Source: Campylobacterota bacterium (GTDB lineage: Bacteria > Campylobacterota > Campylobacteria > Campylobacterales > Sulfurovaceae). From it: a DNA stretch of 41,956 nucleotides. A model generated the notes under the pieces. The model was not told the DNA's origin and searched no databases. It worked only from the letters and a program-made list of their open reading frames with translations. Each line of letters starts with the position of its first letter. Position 1 is the stretch's first letter. The position numbers were made by a program, and so were the translations under genes. Positions 10,371 to 18,781 of this stretch are shown here, piece by piece. The DNA lies in NCBI GenBank assembly GCA_030595845.1, contig JAUVCL010000001.1, forward strand, positions 1 through 41,956, in the 5' to 3' direction.

Positions 10371-10413
10371 GCATTAAAATGCAATACAAGCGAGGCACTA
10401 AATGACGAGTCGT
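10371..10413 (+). mobile_element. 43-bp micro-element (copy 2, diverged, outside a REP), flanked by ATAA/ACAA
   Basis: GCATTAAAATGCAATACAAGCGAGGCACTAAATGACGAGTCGT; same length as, and colinear with, the other three copies. Confidence 0.78.
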
Positions 10414-11472
10414 ACAAAGAACATGACACAACGTATGACTATTGATGAAGCTGTGGAACTCATAGAAGAAGCAGATTTAAAAACGTTAGGGAAGATGGCA
10501 CTCGCCCGTAAACAAGAGATGCATCCTAAAGGTGTCACGACTTTTGTTGTCGACAGAAACATCAATTATACGAATATTTGTTGGGTAGACTGTAAGTTTT
10601 GTGCTTTTTATACACATGAGAAGAAAGAAGATGCTTATATCTTGACCTTTGATGAGATAGACCAAAAGATAGATGAGCTTTTGGCCATTGGTGGAACACA
10701 GATACTCTTCCAGGGTGGTGTCCATCCGAAACTTGAGATAGAGTGGTATGAAGATCTAGTTGAGCATATCTCAACGAAGTACCCGCAAGTAACGATACAT
10801 GGTTTTTCTTCCATTGAGATAGACTATATTGCAAACCGTTCCAAGATCAGTATTTCAGAAGTATTGCGTCGTCTGAAAGCTAAAGGACTCTCTTCCATAC
10901 CGGGTGCAGGTGCAGAGATACTTTCTGACAGGGTGCGTGACATCATTGCTCCTAAAAAACACGATAAGGATCAATGGCTCGAAGTGCACCGTCAGGCGCA
11001 TAAGCTTGATATCAAGTCTACTGCTACAATGATGTACGGCACGGTGGAGACCATACGGGAGATAGTTGAGCATTGGGATTATGTACGGCAGTTACAGGAT
11101 GAAACAGGTGGATTTAGAGCGTTTATTATGTGGTCATATCAAAGTGACCACACAGAGCTTAAACGTGAACTTCCGACCATTACTAAAACCACGCCAAATC
11201 AGTATCTCAGATACTTAGCTGTGGCGAGACTCTTTTTAGACAATGTTCCTAATATTCAGAGCTCATGGGTTACACAAGGCTCTTATATCGGACAGATGGC
11301 GCTTTTATTTGGTGCAAATGATCTAGGTTCGACCATGATGGAAGAGAATGTAGTTTCAGCTGCTGGGGCAAAGAATGAGATGAATCAGGATGAGATGATA
11401 AAGTTGATCCGCGATGTGGGTGAGAAACCAGCAAAGCGGAATACGGCTTATGATATCTTAGAGAATTTTTAA
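10402..11472 (+). CDS. mqnC: Dehypoxanthine futalosine cyclase (radical SAM, menaquinone futalosine pathway)
   Basis: VDRNINYTNICWVDCKFCAF (CxxxCxxC), PGAGAEIL, SSWVTQG, GANDLGSTMMEENVV; start may be 10402 or 10423. Confidence 0.92.
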   Translation: MTSRTKNMTQRMTIDEAVELIEEADLKTLGKMALARKQEMHPKGVTTFVVDRNINYTNICWVDCKFCAFYTHEKKEDAYILTFDEIDQKIDELLAIGGTQILFQGGVHPKLEIEWYEDLVEHISTKYPQVTIHGFSSIEIDYIANRSKISISEVLRRLKAKGLSSIPGAGAEILSDRVRDIIAPKKHDKDQWLEVHRQAHKLDIKSTATMMYGTVETIREIVEHWDYVRQLQDETGGFRAFIMWSYQSDHTELKRELPTITKTTPNQYLRYLAVARLFLDNVPNIQSSWVTQGSYIGQMALLFGANDLGSTMMEENVVSAAGAKNEMNQDEMIKLIRDVGEKPAKRNTAYDILENF

Positions 11473-11484
11473 CATTATACGTAC

Positions 11485-11598
11485 CTCTCGTTCCCACGGT
11501 TTCCGTGGGAATGCATATTTGAGTATGTTTAGCTAAGAGCGTTTTTGGGTTTATTGAATTGATGTATGCATTCCCACGCGGGAGCATGGGAACGAGAG
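11485..11598. repeat. CTCGTTCC-type palindromic repeat doublet
   Basis: CTCTCGTTCCCACGGTTTCCGTGGGAATGCATA and inverted TATGCATTCCCACGCGGGAGCATGGGAACGAGAG. Confidence 0.9.
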
Positions 11599-11614
11599 AC
11601 CTACAGGAGTATAT

Positions 11615-12916
11615 ATGAAAAAAATATTTATTTTATTATTAGCATTACAAGGAGCATTGATGGCAGCAAGCCTCAACGAAATAACCATTAAAGATACAAA
11701 AATACCTGTTGTATTTGAAGAGGGGAAGTATATTCCTATTGTCTCCATTCAAGTGGTATTTAAAAATGCAGGACATTTGAGCAATACAAAAGATGGTCTG
11801 GCAGATATGGCAGCAAATCTACTCAATGAAGGTACATCAAAAGACGGGTCTGTGGGTTTCGCAACCAAACTTGATGCACACGCTGTAGATATAGGGGCAC
11901 ATGTAGGACGTGAGAGTTTCATTTTGGAAGTCTCTTCATTAAAAAGTGAATTCCCTTATGCAGTAGAACGTTTGGTAGAACTTTTGAAAGATCCAAACTA
12001 TACACAAGAGGCACTCGAACAGGTAAAACATCAGAAAATAGGATGGCTTACACAGAAACAGAGTGATTTCGACTACATCGCAGGAAGTACTTTACGTGCC
12101 ACACTCTTCAAAGGGGAAGCCCTGGGAAGAGCGTATGACGGTACCCTAGAGTCTGTAAAAGATATCTCACTGGGCGACATTAAAACCTTTGTGTCTACAC
12201 ACTTGGGTTACAACAATGCTATTGGTGTAGTAGGCGGTGATATTACTCTTATAGAAGCGCAAAATTATCTTAGTCAGATCCTGTCACTTTTCCCAAAAGT
12301 AGAGACTACAGAGGTAGAAAAAATAAAAGCTTCGAATAAAAAAGAAGTCATCTTAACCAATGAAGATACGCAGCAGGCCTATATCTATTTTGGCGCGCCT
12401 TTTGATTACTCTTATGAAGAAAAAGATCAGTATAAAGCAAAAATTGCAGAGTACCTTCTTGGCGGGGCAGGTTTTGGATCTCGTCTGATGGAAGAGATCC
12501 GTGTTAAACGAGGACTGACCTATGGTGTATATTCTTCACTGAGACGAACTAAATCTGTCTCATATTTGAGCGGCTATATGCAAACAAAACTTAGTACGCA
12601 GGATGAGGGTAAAGCATTGATACAGAGTGTGGTAGATACTTTTATAAAAGAGGGTATCACACAAAAAGAACTTGATGATACCAAAAAGTTTTTACTGGGG
12701 AGCGAGCCTTTGCGTACAGAGACACTCTCACAAAGACTGAATCGTGCATATAGTGACTTCTACTATGGAAGACCACTTGGTTTTGCGAAAGCACAGTTAA
12801 AAAAGATAGAATCTGTGACTTTAGATGAGGTGAACAGTTTTATCAAAGCGCATGCTGAGTTATCTGACATTACTTTCAGTATCGTTACCAAGAAAGAAAT
12901 ATCTAAAAAGAAATAA
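11615..12916 (+). CDS. M16 (insulinase) family peptidase-like protein, probably non-catalytic
   Basis: Signal peptide, GLA..GT region lacking HxxEH, SRLMEEIRVKRGLTYG. Confidence 0.88.
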   Translation: MKKIFILLLALQGALMAASLNEITIKDTKIPVVFEEGKYIPIVSIQVVFKNAGHLSNTKDGLADMAANLLNEGTSKDGSVGFATKLDAHAVDIGAHVGRESFILEVSSLKSEFPYAVERLVELLKDPNYTQEALEQVKHQKIGWLTQKQSDFDYIAGSTLRATLFKGEALGRAYDGTLESVKDISLGDIKTFVSTHLGYNNAIGVVGGDITLIEAQNYLSQILSLFPKVETTEVEKIKASNKKEVILTNEDTQQAYIYFGAPFDYSYEEKDQYKAKIAEYLLGGAGFGSRLMEEIRVKRGLTYGVYSSLRRTKSVSYLSGYMQTKLSTQDEGKALIQSVVDTFIKEGITQKELDDTKKFLLGSEPLRTETLSQRLNRAYSDFYYGRPLGFAKAQLKKIESVTLDEVNSFIKAHAELSDITFSIVTKKEISKKK

Positions 12917-12957
12917 TATGTATCCCATGAGTGGTCGGTTCATCGACCAATATAAAT

Positions 12958-12981
12958 AATATGTCAATATGACATATTTTT
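12958..12981 (+). terminator. Inverted repeat AATATGTCA-N3-TGACATATT followed by Ts: terminator or operator
   Basis: Perfect 9-bp arms, AT-rich, between the M16 stop and the next -10 box. Confidence 0.4.
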
Positions 12982-13117
12982 CTAGCATCTTTTAAAAATC
13001 CGTTATAATTATTTTGTACCCTTTTACGCTGGGGTAGTGTTTTTTACTTTGTTTTATTTAGGGTTTGGGCTTGGCATTTATATGTGGGTGGTAAAAATCT
13101 AGAACAGAGGGTGCATT

Positions 13118-13264
13118 ATGGATTTTATTCCTGCATTGGCACTTGTGGCATCTGTGGTAAAAATCATTTTTATGTGGTTAAATTATAGAGATTGCAAAAA
13201 AAGTAGAGATACTTTGAGCCAAAAGAACACAGATTTAGAAATCTCACAAGGTGTAAGGAATTGA
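13118..13264 (+). CDS. 48-aa small hydrophobic peptide, candidate type I toxin (below the ORF-track cut-off)
   Basis: MDFIPALALVASVVKIIFMWLNYRDCKKSRDTLSQKNTDLEISQGVRN; SD AGAGGG at 13106-13111; TATAAT at 13004-13009. Confidence 0.6.
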   Translation: MDFIPALALVASVVKIIFMWLNYRDCKKSRDTLSQKNTDLEISQGVRN

Positions 13265-13345
13265 GACTTCCTTGCACTTCTGTGTACCCTTTGCATAATT
13301 TTACACAAATAAACTTTAATAAAAATAAATTGAACGGAGTTCACT

Positions 13346-15196
13346 GTGGAAGAAGCCAAACAACTTTTTAAAAAACTCAAAATCCATACACTACTTGATC
13401 TGGCATTGATCATTCCCACGTCTTACAATGATACCACACTCTCTACAACACTGGAGTTAGGTGAGATAGCTACACTTGAAGCTAAGGTGGTTGATAGTAG
13501 TATTTATGCAGGTAAACTTCGTGTGACCTTTAATCTTACAGGATCGGGTAGACGTTTATCTTCTACTTTTTTTAGAGTCACCCCCTATCACCATAAACTT
13601 TTTGAAGTGGGTTCAAGTCATGTGATACAAGGGAAGCTTGAAGAGTATAATGGCTACCTTCAAATGTCACAGCCAAAATCCATCAAACAAATAGGAAAAA
13701 TAACCCCTAAATACAAAACTGTACTCAAAGAGAGTGAGATCTCTACTCTCATAGAAGCTTATGTCTCTGAACAGAACCTTTATAATGAAGGCTTAGATTC
13801 CAAAGAAGTGGCAACACTTATACATATGCATTTTCCAAAAAGTATGGAGGAAATATATGAAGAGGGGAGTTTCAAGAAAGATTTTGTGCAAACGCTAAAA
13901 TTTGTTGAAGCCTATAATCATTTAAAAAAATTACGGGGTAAACGTGCAGATTTTCCTGCACTACATGCACTTCATGGAGAATTAGACCCTTTCATCACCA
14001 AATTACCATTCACTTTAACAGATGAACAGAATGCTGTGATATTGGAGATACAAAAAGATCTATCTACAGATGTCAAGGCTGCCAAACGAATGGTTGTAGG
14101 TGATGTCGGGTCAGGTAAAACGATGGTCATCTTGGCTTCAGTTATGATAGCCTTACCATATAAAAGTATTTTGATGGCGCCTACTTCACTGTTGGCTTTG
14201 CAACTTTATGAAGAAGCATGTAAACATTTACCTAAAAGTATCAAAGTGGCTTTAGTGATGCAGGGAAAAGATAAAGGTGATTATCTGGATGCTGACTTTA
14301 TCATTGGTACCCATGCTTTACTTTTCAAAGATGATCTGCCTCAAGCGGCACTGGTCATGGTGGATGAGCAACACCGTTTTGGCACGAAACAAAGACAGAG
14401 TCTTGAAGCATTGGTCTCAGCCACAGAAAAAAGAGCGCACTTCATACAGTTCTCTGCTACACCTATACCTAGAACTCAAGCTATGATGGATTCTGAATTG
14501 CTTGATGTCTCTCTTATAACAACAACGCCTTTTGAACGGGAAGTACTTACCCAGACCATCAGTAAGCAAGACTTTCCAGTGCTTCTCTTACATATAAAAG
14601 AAGAGATCGCTCAGGAGCATCAGGTGCTTATCATCTATCCTTTGGTTCAAGAGAGCAGTGAAGTACCTTATCAGTCATTAGAAGAGAGTAGAGGATTTTG
14701 GGAAAATAAGTTTGAGAATGTTTATGTCACACACGGGAAAGATAAACAAAAAGAAGAAGTGTTACTCGAGTTTAGAGAAAAAGGAAATATTCTTTTGGCT
14801 ACAACCGTGGTTGAAGTGGGAATCTCTCTGCCTAAGTTAACACTTATAGTCATTGTAGGGGCAGAACGGCTTGGATTGGCAACCCTACATCAACTAAGAG
14901 GAAGAGTAGGGCGTAATGGACTAAAGAGTTGGTGTTATCTATATTCAAATAACAATTGTAGGGGTAAATCCCTGTGTTTACCCGGGCAGACACAGGGGTC
15001 TGCCCCTACAGATAGACTGGAACAATTTACACAAACAAACAACGGTTTTGATATTGCAAAACTAGATCTGAAGTTTCGTGATAGTGGAGACATTCTTGAT
15101 GGTACCATACAAAGTGGTCAAAGATTTAAATGGTTGGATATGGCTGAGGATGAAGAAGTAGTGGCAAGAGCTAAAAATAGGGTAAATGTAGTGTAG
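13346..15196 (+). CDS. recG: ATP-dependent DNA helicase RecG
   Basis: GDVGSGKT, DEQHRFG, SATPIPRT, QLRGRVGR; GTG start with RBS ggag; contains an 18-codon REP-derived segment. Confidence 0.96.
   Translation: MEEAKQLFKKLKIHTLLDLALIIPTSYNDTTLSTTLELGEIATLEAKVVDSSIYAGKLRVTFNLTGSGRRLSSTFFRVTPYHHKLFEVGSSHVIQGKLEEYNGYLQMSQPKSIKQIGKITPKYKTVLKESEISTLIEAYVSEQNLYNEGLDSKEVATLIHMHFPKSMEEIYEEGSFKKDFVQTLKFVEAYNHLKKLRGKRADFPALHALHGELDPFITKLPFTLTDEQNAVILEIQKDLSTDVKAAKRMVVGDVGSGKTMVILASVMIALPYKSILMAPTSLLALQLYEEACKHLPKSIKVALVMQGKDKGDYLDADFIIGTHALLFKDDLPQAALVMVDEQHRFGTKQRQSLEALVSATEKRAHFIQFSATPIPRTQAMMDSELLDVSLITTTPFEREVLTQTISKQDFPVLLLHIKEEIAQEHQVLIIYPLVQESSEVPYQSLEESRGFWENKFENVYVTHGKDKQKEEVLLEFREKGNILLATTVVEVGISLPKLTLIVIVGAERLGLATLHQLRGRVGRNGLKSWCYLYSNNNCRGKSLCLPGQTQGSAPTDRLEQFTQTNNGFDIAKLDLKFRDSGDILDGTIQSGQRFKWLDMAEDEEVVARAKNRVNVV
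14957..15010. repeat. GTAG-type REP doublet in frame within recG
   Basis: TGTAGGGGTAAATCCCTGTGTTTACCC-GGGCAGACACAGGGGTCTGCCCCTACA, 54 bp, codon-aligned. Confidence 0.9.
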
Positions 15197-15331
15197 GGTG
15201 TTGTGTAGGGTGTTGTGTCCTCACAACACCATTTATTTGGTAGGTATATAGATTTTTTGGTGTTGTCGGGAGACAAGCATTAAAATGCAGTGCAAGAGAA
15301 GCACTAAATGCTGAGTCGAACAACACTCTAC
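15193..15331. repeat. GTAG-type REP doublet with a 12-bp tandem duplication of the head; right REP interrupted by the 43-bp element
   Basis: GTAGGGTGTTGT x2, intact REP 15205-15230, inverted REP 15259-15331. Confidence 0.9.
15277..15319 (+). mobile_element. 43-bp micro-element (copy 3) flanked by ACAA direct repeats
   Basis: acaa-GCATTAAAATGCAGTGCAAGAGAAGCACTAAATGCTGAGTCGA-acaa. Confidence 0.8.
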
Positions 15332-15334
15332 ATG

Positions 15335-15868
15335 CTAATAAAGTCCGAATTTTCCATCAGCTCTTTTGTACATGACTCGCATAAGTCCTTCGGTGTCGTT
15401 AAACACTATGAATTGTCTTTTTTTATTGTCTCTAAGGGCATCAGTAGCTTCATCAAAATCCATTGGTTTATGAAGCACAAGATCCATAGGAACAATCTCA
15501 ACTTCTTCTGTGTTTAAATCGGTAACAGCTTCGGCTTCTTCTCCCATATCTTTAAAGCTCATAATTCTATGACCTTTTATTTTATCGGCATGTCTTCTAA
15601 GTGATTTCTTAAGTCTTTCTATAGCAAGGTCAATAGCTGCATAAACATCTTTATCATTTTGGGTAATAACGATGGTATTTTTATCTTTTAAATTTACGAT
15701 GAACTCTGTCACAAAACCTTTTTTCCCACCCTTTTCATTGGCTGAGATGACGGTATTGGCTGAAATAATATCTAAATGGTATTTATTAAGTCCCTCTACC
15801 GCGGCGTCGGCATAGGCTTTGATTGGTTCTGTAAGTTCAAAATGTCTTCCTGTAATACTCTTGTTCAT
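15335..15868 (-). CDS. hpf: Ribosome hibernation promoting factor (long HPF / RaiA family)
   Basis: ITGRHFELTEPIKAY, DVYAAIDLA, C-terminal KPMDFDEA..FIVF..VMYKRADGKFGL. Confidence 0.92.
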   Translation of the reverse strand: MNKSITGRHFELTEPIKAYADAAVEGLNKYHLDIISANTVISANEKGGKKGFVTEFIVNLKDKNTIVITQNDKDVYAAIDLAIERLKKSLRRHADKIKGHRIMSFKDMGEEAEAVTDLNTEEVEIVPMDLVLHKPMDFDEATDALRDNKKRQFIVFNDTEGLMRVMYKRADGKFGLY

Positions 15869-15994
15869 TATAAATCCTTTAATAATAAAATATGGATATC
15901 AACTATCCATACTTAATTTTAACTTAAGATGCTTAATGAAGGGTAAATAGAAAAGGTTTTTAGTAGGAAAAATCCTCTAGAAATGTATAAAATT

Positions 15995-16663
15995 TTAAGA
16001 GTCTTCCTGTCCTACAATGTAGGCATGACCTGTTTCTTGAGCAATATTAATTACAAGATCTGTAATGTCTGAAGTTTCAAAAGAAAAAGTAATAGTACAA
16101 TCACCATTACTGACATAGGTTCGGTAATCATTTAAACCATTGTTCGATACACCTCTATGAGGTCTGCCTAAATGATCAAAGGCAATGTGTTTTGCAGTTG
16201 TGTTTTGAGTGCCTTTACAATTGTTAAATGCTATATTATCTATGCCATATTTTTTACTAATAAATATATTGGAACTCTCATTTGATTGAGGGGAAGATGG
16301 ATTATTATTATACATATACTTACCGTTAAAGGGATCAATAGCAGACTCAGCTTTGTCTATATTTGTGCCAGTATAATCACTATTGGATCCAATAGTGTAG
16401 CTCCATGTTGTACCACCAGATTGTGTAAAACGGATTTGCCAAAGTGCTTTCTGCCAGTTATTAACAAATGGATTTGTTTTATCGTCATTAAGTGCTAAAT
16501 TCTGTGTATATCGTATGGCAGAGAGGATATTGTCCGCAGCTTCTTGTTTTAGGTCTCGTTCAATTCTTGGAAGAGCAAGTGCTGCAAGTATACCTAGTAC
16601 AACGATAACAAAGACTAATTCAATCATAGTAAACGCTTTGGTTTGTTTAGTTAAAGTTCTCAT
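15995..16663 (-). CDS. Type IV pilin-like / pseudopilin protein
   Basis: Prepilin motif KA-FTMIELVFVIVVLGILAALALP; IAFDHLGRP. Confidence 0.88.
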   Translation of the reverse strand: MRTLTKQTKAFTMIELVFVIVVLGILAALALPRIERDLKQEAADNILSAIRYTQNLALNDDKTNPFVNNWQKALWQIRFTQSGGTTWSYTIGSNSDYTGTNIDKAESAIDPFNGKYMYNNNPSSPQSNESSNIFISKKYGIDNIAFNNCKGTQNTTAKHIAFDHLGRPHRGVSNNGLNDYRTYVSNGDCTITFSFETSDITDLVINIAQETGHAYIVGQEDS

Positions 16664-17103
16664 ATTTTTTGCAGGCTCCTTCTGTGATAGGTCATATTGA
16701 GATCATCGGGATGATCTGCATCAGGATATGATACAAAGACATCTATAATAATGTTAAGAGGTGACTCGGGTGTTACTACGGCGTTACTTATTACATTGGT
16801 ACATGAACTAACTTCGGAATTTCCAATATATGATATGATGGTTTTAATGGTATAGTTATCAATAGTAGCATTGATATTATCAAGACAAGTGGTAGTGTTT
16901 CTGTCATTTGCCATCACTCCCATAATAGCGTACTCTGTATAACTCTTAGCATACAGTATTGCTTGTTCTTTCTGGTACTGTGCTGTTGTTGTTTTAACCA
17001 TTTTACCTGACATATTCATGATGAGCATTGCGACCGTAGCCATAAGTACGATCACGACAATAGCCATGATGAGAGAAAAGGCTTCACGTTGTTTATTCAT
17101 CAT
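16660..17103 (-). CDS. Minor pilin-like protein lacking Glu5 (PilX/GspK/MshP-like class)
   Basis: REA-FSLIMAIVVIVLMAT hydrophobic helix, QAILYAKS. Confidence 0.75.
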   Translation of the reverse strand: MMNKQREAFSLIMAIVVIVLMATVAMLIMNMSGKMVKTTTAQYQKEQAILYAKSYTEYAIMGVMANDRNTTTCLDNINATIDNYTIKTIISYIGNSEVSSCTNVISNAVVTPESPLNIIIDVFVSYPDADHPDDLNMTYHRRSLQKI

Positions 17104-18011
17104 CTTATCACCGCCTTTTCTTTACATGTTGTGATGTTGTAATCCCCACCGATATTTTCTTCCTGGCATATTTTAAATCGTATAGTATTGCCTGACCCTG
17201 TAAATCTGAATGCAGAAATATTACGGATCAAGAGTTTGCTTGAGGCATTGACATGATTGAAATTTTCACCCTGCCATGGTTGGAAATCGTATCTCAGTAC
17301 CAAGTCACAAGGAAAGTCCGTCACGGTACAAATTGTTGTTCCATCTTTTTTTAAAGGAACAATAGCATAGGCACTACTTGCAATCTTGTAGTGTTCACGG
17401 ATAGTCTTACCAGAAAGATCTGCAACAGTGATTGTTGTTCCTGCGACACTTGAAATTTTGGTCAGTCCAGTTATATCTGTACTGTCACCAATTGCTAATA
17501 CCCCATAGCCTATATTGCTGGTATTGTATGTCCTTGGAAAAAATATAGCTGTATTTGATATACTGCTACCAAGATTTGTAATGATAGAAGATGCAAGAGT
17601 AAGATTAGATCCTGGTGTGGATATAGTAGTTGCTGTAGTAGCTATAGTGTCATTTGTATCAGCAAATCCATTCCAACCTCCAGCATTGAAACTGTCATGA
17701 TCATATCCAACCCATTGTAATATAGTTGCAGTAGGATCCAAAAGAGATTCAAGAGATTCCTTAGTGTTCCCAGTCGGGTTGATAGCAATAATAGTATTTG
17801 GTATAGAATATGACAATCTATTTGCAATTTGTGTGGCAGCGATAGCTGTTTTTGAACTGCTTTTATGTGCACCTCTTTGTACAATGTAGTTACTGTATAC
17901 ATTAGCGATGAGTTCAGATCCTATGGATGATATGATCCCAAGTATAACAATGACAAATATGAGTTCCAGCATTGTAAAACCTGGCTTTGATGTACATACT
18001 GTATGTTTCAC
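17100..18011 (-). CDS. Type IV pilin-like minor pilin
   Basis: KPG-FTMLELIFVIVILGIIS; C-terminal Cys pair. Confidence 0.85.
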   Translation of the reverse strand: MKHTVCTSKPGFTMLELIFVIVILGIISSIGSELIANVYSNYIVQRGAHKSSSKTAIAATQIANRLSYSIPNTIIAINPTGNTKESLESLLDPTATILQWVGYDHDSFNAGGWNGFADTNDTIATTATTISTPGSNLTLASSIITNLGSSISNTAIFFPRTYNTSNIGYGVLAIGDSTDITGLTKISSVAGTTITVADLSGKTIREHYKIASSAYAIVPLKKDGTTICTVTDFPCDLVLRYDFQPWQGENFNHVNASSKLLIRNISAFRFTGSGNTIRFKICQEENIGGDYNITTCKEKAVIR

Positions 18012-18781
18012 TAAAAACTCCTAGCTTCAAGTTTGTATTCACCTATGTTAGATGAAAAAGCTTTTAACACAATTTTTTTCTCTAATTCATCTATATTACT
18101 GTCAGTTGTCACCGTTACTTTTATCATTTTGACATTGGTAGTACCTGATGGAGATGAATTGAATGGGTTAAATGTAATCGTGCTACTGTCAAATGTTGTG
18201 TTTGCATCTATGGTATATAAGATCTGTGTATTAAATACCATACCTTTACTACCTGTATTTGTAAGCGTATCTACCAAATCTCCTCTTAGTGCGTTATCTG
18301 CAATTGAAAGTGTACCCGTATCATTTACATCGATGGTAGCAAAATCGTCTATATCATCATATGAGTTATTTGCATCATCATTTTCTAAGGTTGTAGCAAC
18401 AAATGGTCCAAAATAATTTGAGTCTGTGGCGTTTTGTTCCGTACTTAAGTTATCTATAAAGGTTCTATTACTTATGGCAGGTGTCCCTGCACGTCTCCTC
18501 TCTGTGGAAGAAATAGGTGCAAGAAGTGAAGAACCATTATTTACTAAAAGTACAGGTGCACCCAAGGAAGTATTTGTATCAGCTTCATCCCAGTGTCTGC
18601 TTAATATCATATTTATGTCAGCTGCTCCAGCTGCTATGGCTTCCTGTTGTAGGACTACTTGTGTACTTTTTTGTGATTGACTTATTAGCATGGGTGCAGA
18701 CATCATTACTATACCCATGATAACAAGTGCAAATATCAGTTCGATCATGGCTATGGCTTTTCGTTGCTTATTCATCACCAA
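18011..18781 (-). CDS. Type IV pilin-like minor pilin
   Basis: RKA-IAMIELIFALVIMGIVM; DDIDDF motif reminiscent of MshD-like pilins. Confidence 0.8.
   Translation of the reverse strand: MVMNKQRKAIAMIELIFALVIMGIVMMSAPMLISQSQKSTQVVLQQEAIAAGAADINMILSRHWDEADTNTSLGAPVLLVNNGSSLLAPISSTERRRAGTPAISNRTFIDNLSTEQNATDSNYFGPFVATTLENDDANNSYDDIDDFATIDVNDTGTLSIADNALRGDLVDTLTNTGSKGMVFNTQILYTIDANTTFDSSTITFNPFNSSPSGTTNVKMIKVTVTTDSNIDELEKKIVLKAFSSNIGEYKLEARSF

Noticed and set aside
12931-12950. GGTCGGTTCATCGACC, resembling the 25881 REP subfamily
   Set aside because: Lacks the GTAG head and a partner; probably a remnant, too short to call
15891-15911. Inverted repeat TATGGATA-N5-TATCCATA upstream of hpf
   Set aside because: Cannot distinguish terminator, 5' hairpin or operator; a nearby -10-like box would place the TSS inside it
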